This document shows positions 39,430 through 40,340 of a stretch of DNA of 40,340 nucleotides, in pieces. The DNA comes from Chiloscyllium plagiosum (taxonomy: Eukaryota): NCBI RefSeq assembly GCF_004010195.1, contig NW_025214449.1, forward strand, positions 1-40,340, in the 5' to 3' direction. Position numbers and translations under genes: made by a program. The notes under the pieces were generated by a model, which worked only from the letters and a program-made list of their open reading frames with translations, did no database searches and was not told the origin of the DNA. Each line of letters opens with the position of its first letter. Position 1 is the first letter of the stretch.

Positions 39430-40340
39430 AAGGTATAGACAGGATAGATCGAGTGAATCTTTAGAAGAGTATAAAGGCAGAAGCAATATACTTAAGAGGG
39501 AAATCAGGAGGGCAAAAGGGGACATGAAATAGCTTTGGCAAATAGAATTAAGGAGAATCTAAAGGGTTTTTACAAATACTTTAAGGACAAAAGGGAAACA
39601 AGGGAGAGAATTAGGCCCCTCAAAGATCAGTAAGGCGGCCTTTGCGTGGAGCCGCAGGAAATGGGGGAGATGCTAAACGAGTATTTTGCACCAATATTTA
39701 CTGTGGAAAAGGAAATGGAAGATATAGACTGTAGGGAAATAGATGGTGACACCTTGCAAAATGTCCATATTACAGAGGAGGAAGTGCTGGATGTCTTGAA
39801 ATGCATAAAGGTGGATAAGTCCATAGGACCTGATAAGGTGTACCCTAGACCTCTGTGGGTAGCTAGAGAAGTGATTGCTGTGCCTCTTGCTGAGATATTT
39901 GTATCATCGATAGTCACAGATGAGGTGCCAGAAGACTGGAGGTTGGTAAACATGGTGCCACTGTTTAAGAAGGGCAGTAAAGACAAGCCAGGGAACTATA
40001 GACCAGTGAGCCTGATGTCGGTGGTGGGAAAGTTGTTAAAGGGAATCCTGAGAGACAGGATGTATATGTATTTGGAAAGGCAAGGGCTGATTAGGGATAG
40101 TCAACAAGGTTTTGTGCGTGGGAAATCATGTCTCACAAACTTGATTGAGTTTTTTGAAGAAGATTGATGAGGGCAGAGCGATAGATGTGATCTATATGGA
40201 CTTCAGTAAGACGTTCCACAAGGTTCCCCATGGGAGACTGATTAGCAAGGTTAGATCTCATGGAATACAAGGAGAACTAGCCACTTGGAGACAGAACTGG
40301 CTCAAAGGTAGAAGACAGAGGGTGGTGGTAGAGGGTTGTT
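39430..40340 (+). mobile_element. Relatively young CR1 LINE ORF2 (tether and RT N-terminus), runs off the right edge
   Basis: ORF 39646-40167 contains VPEDWRLVNMVPLFKKGSKDKPGNYRPVSLMSVVGKLL and QQGFVRGKSCLTNLIEFFE. Frameshift near 40160. Confidence 0.92.

Overview
Eukaryotic DNA, most likely from a shark (the repeat families resemble those of cartilaginous fish, possibly a carpet/bamboo shark; this is inference). The only supported host gene is a two-exon NK1-class homeobox gene, best called NKX1-1 (+ strand, CDS 15187-15640 joined to 18269-19206, 463 aa, eh1/TN motif plus homeodomain). It sits in a ~14.5 kb CpG-retaining, almost transposon-free island (~8460-23000). Both flanks are packed with degraded, nested retroelements: CR1/L2 LINEs, tRNA-derived HE1-like and Deu-type SINEs, a solo LTR, a Tx1-like L1 and Penelope-like elements. 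I found no convincingly new protein-coding system. The most interesting signals are non-coding: (1) several families of Penelope-type termini with minimal hammerhead-ribozyme cores, three of them as fold-back mini-elements; (2) a stack of Tx1-like modules that appear to have inserted repeatedly at one site inside a solo LTR; (3) a perfect 29-bp octamer-containing direct repeat upstream of NKX1-1. Repeat family names come from recalled consensus similarity, not a database search, and repeat boundaries are approximate.
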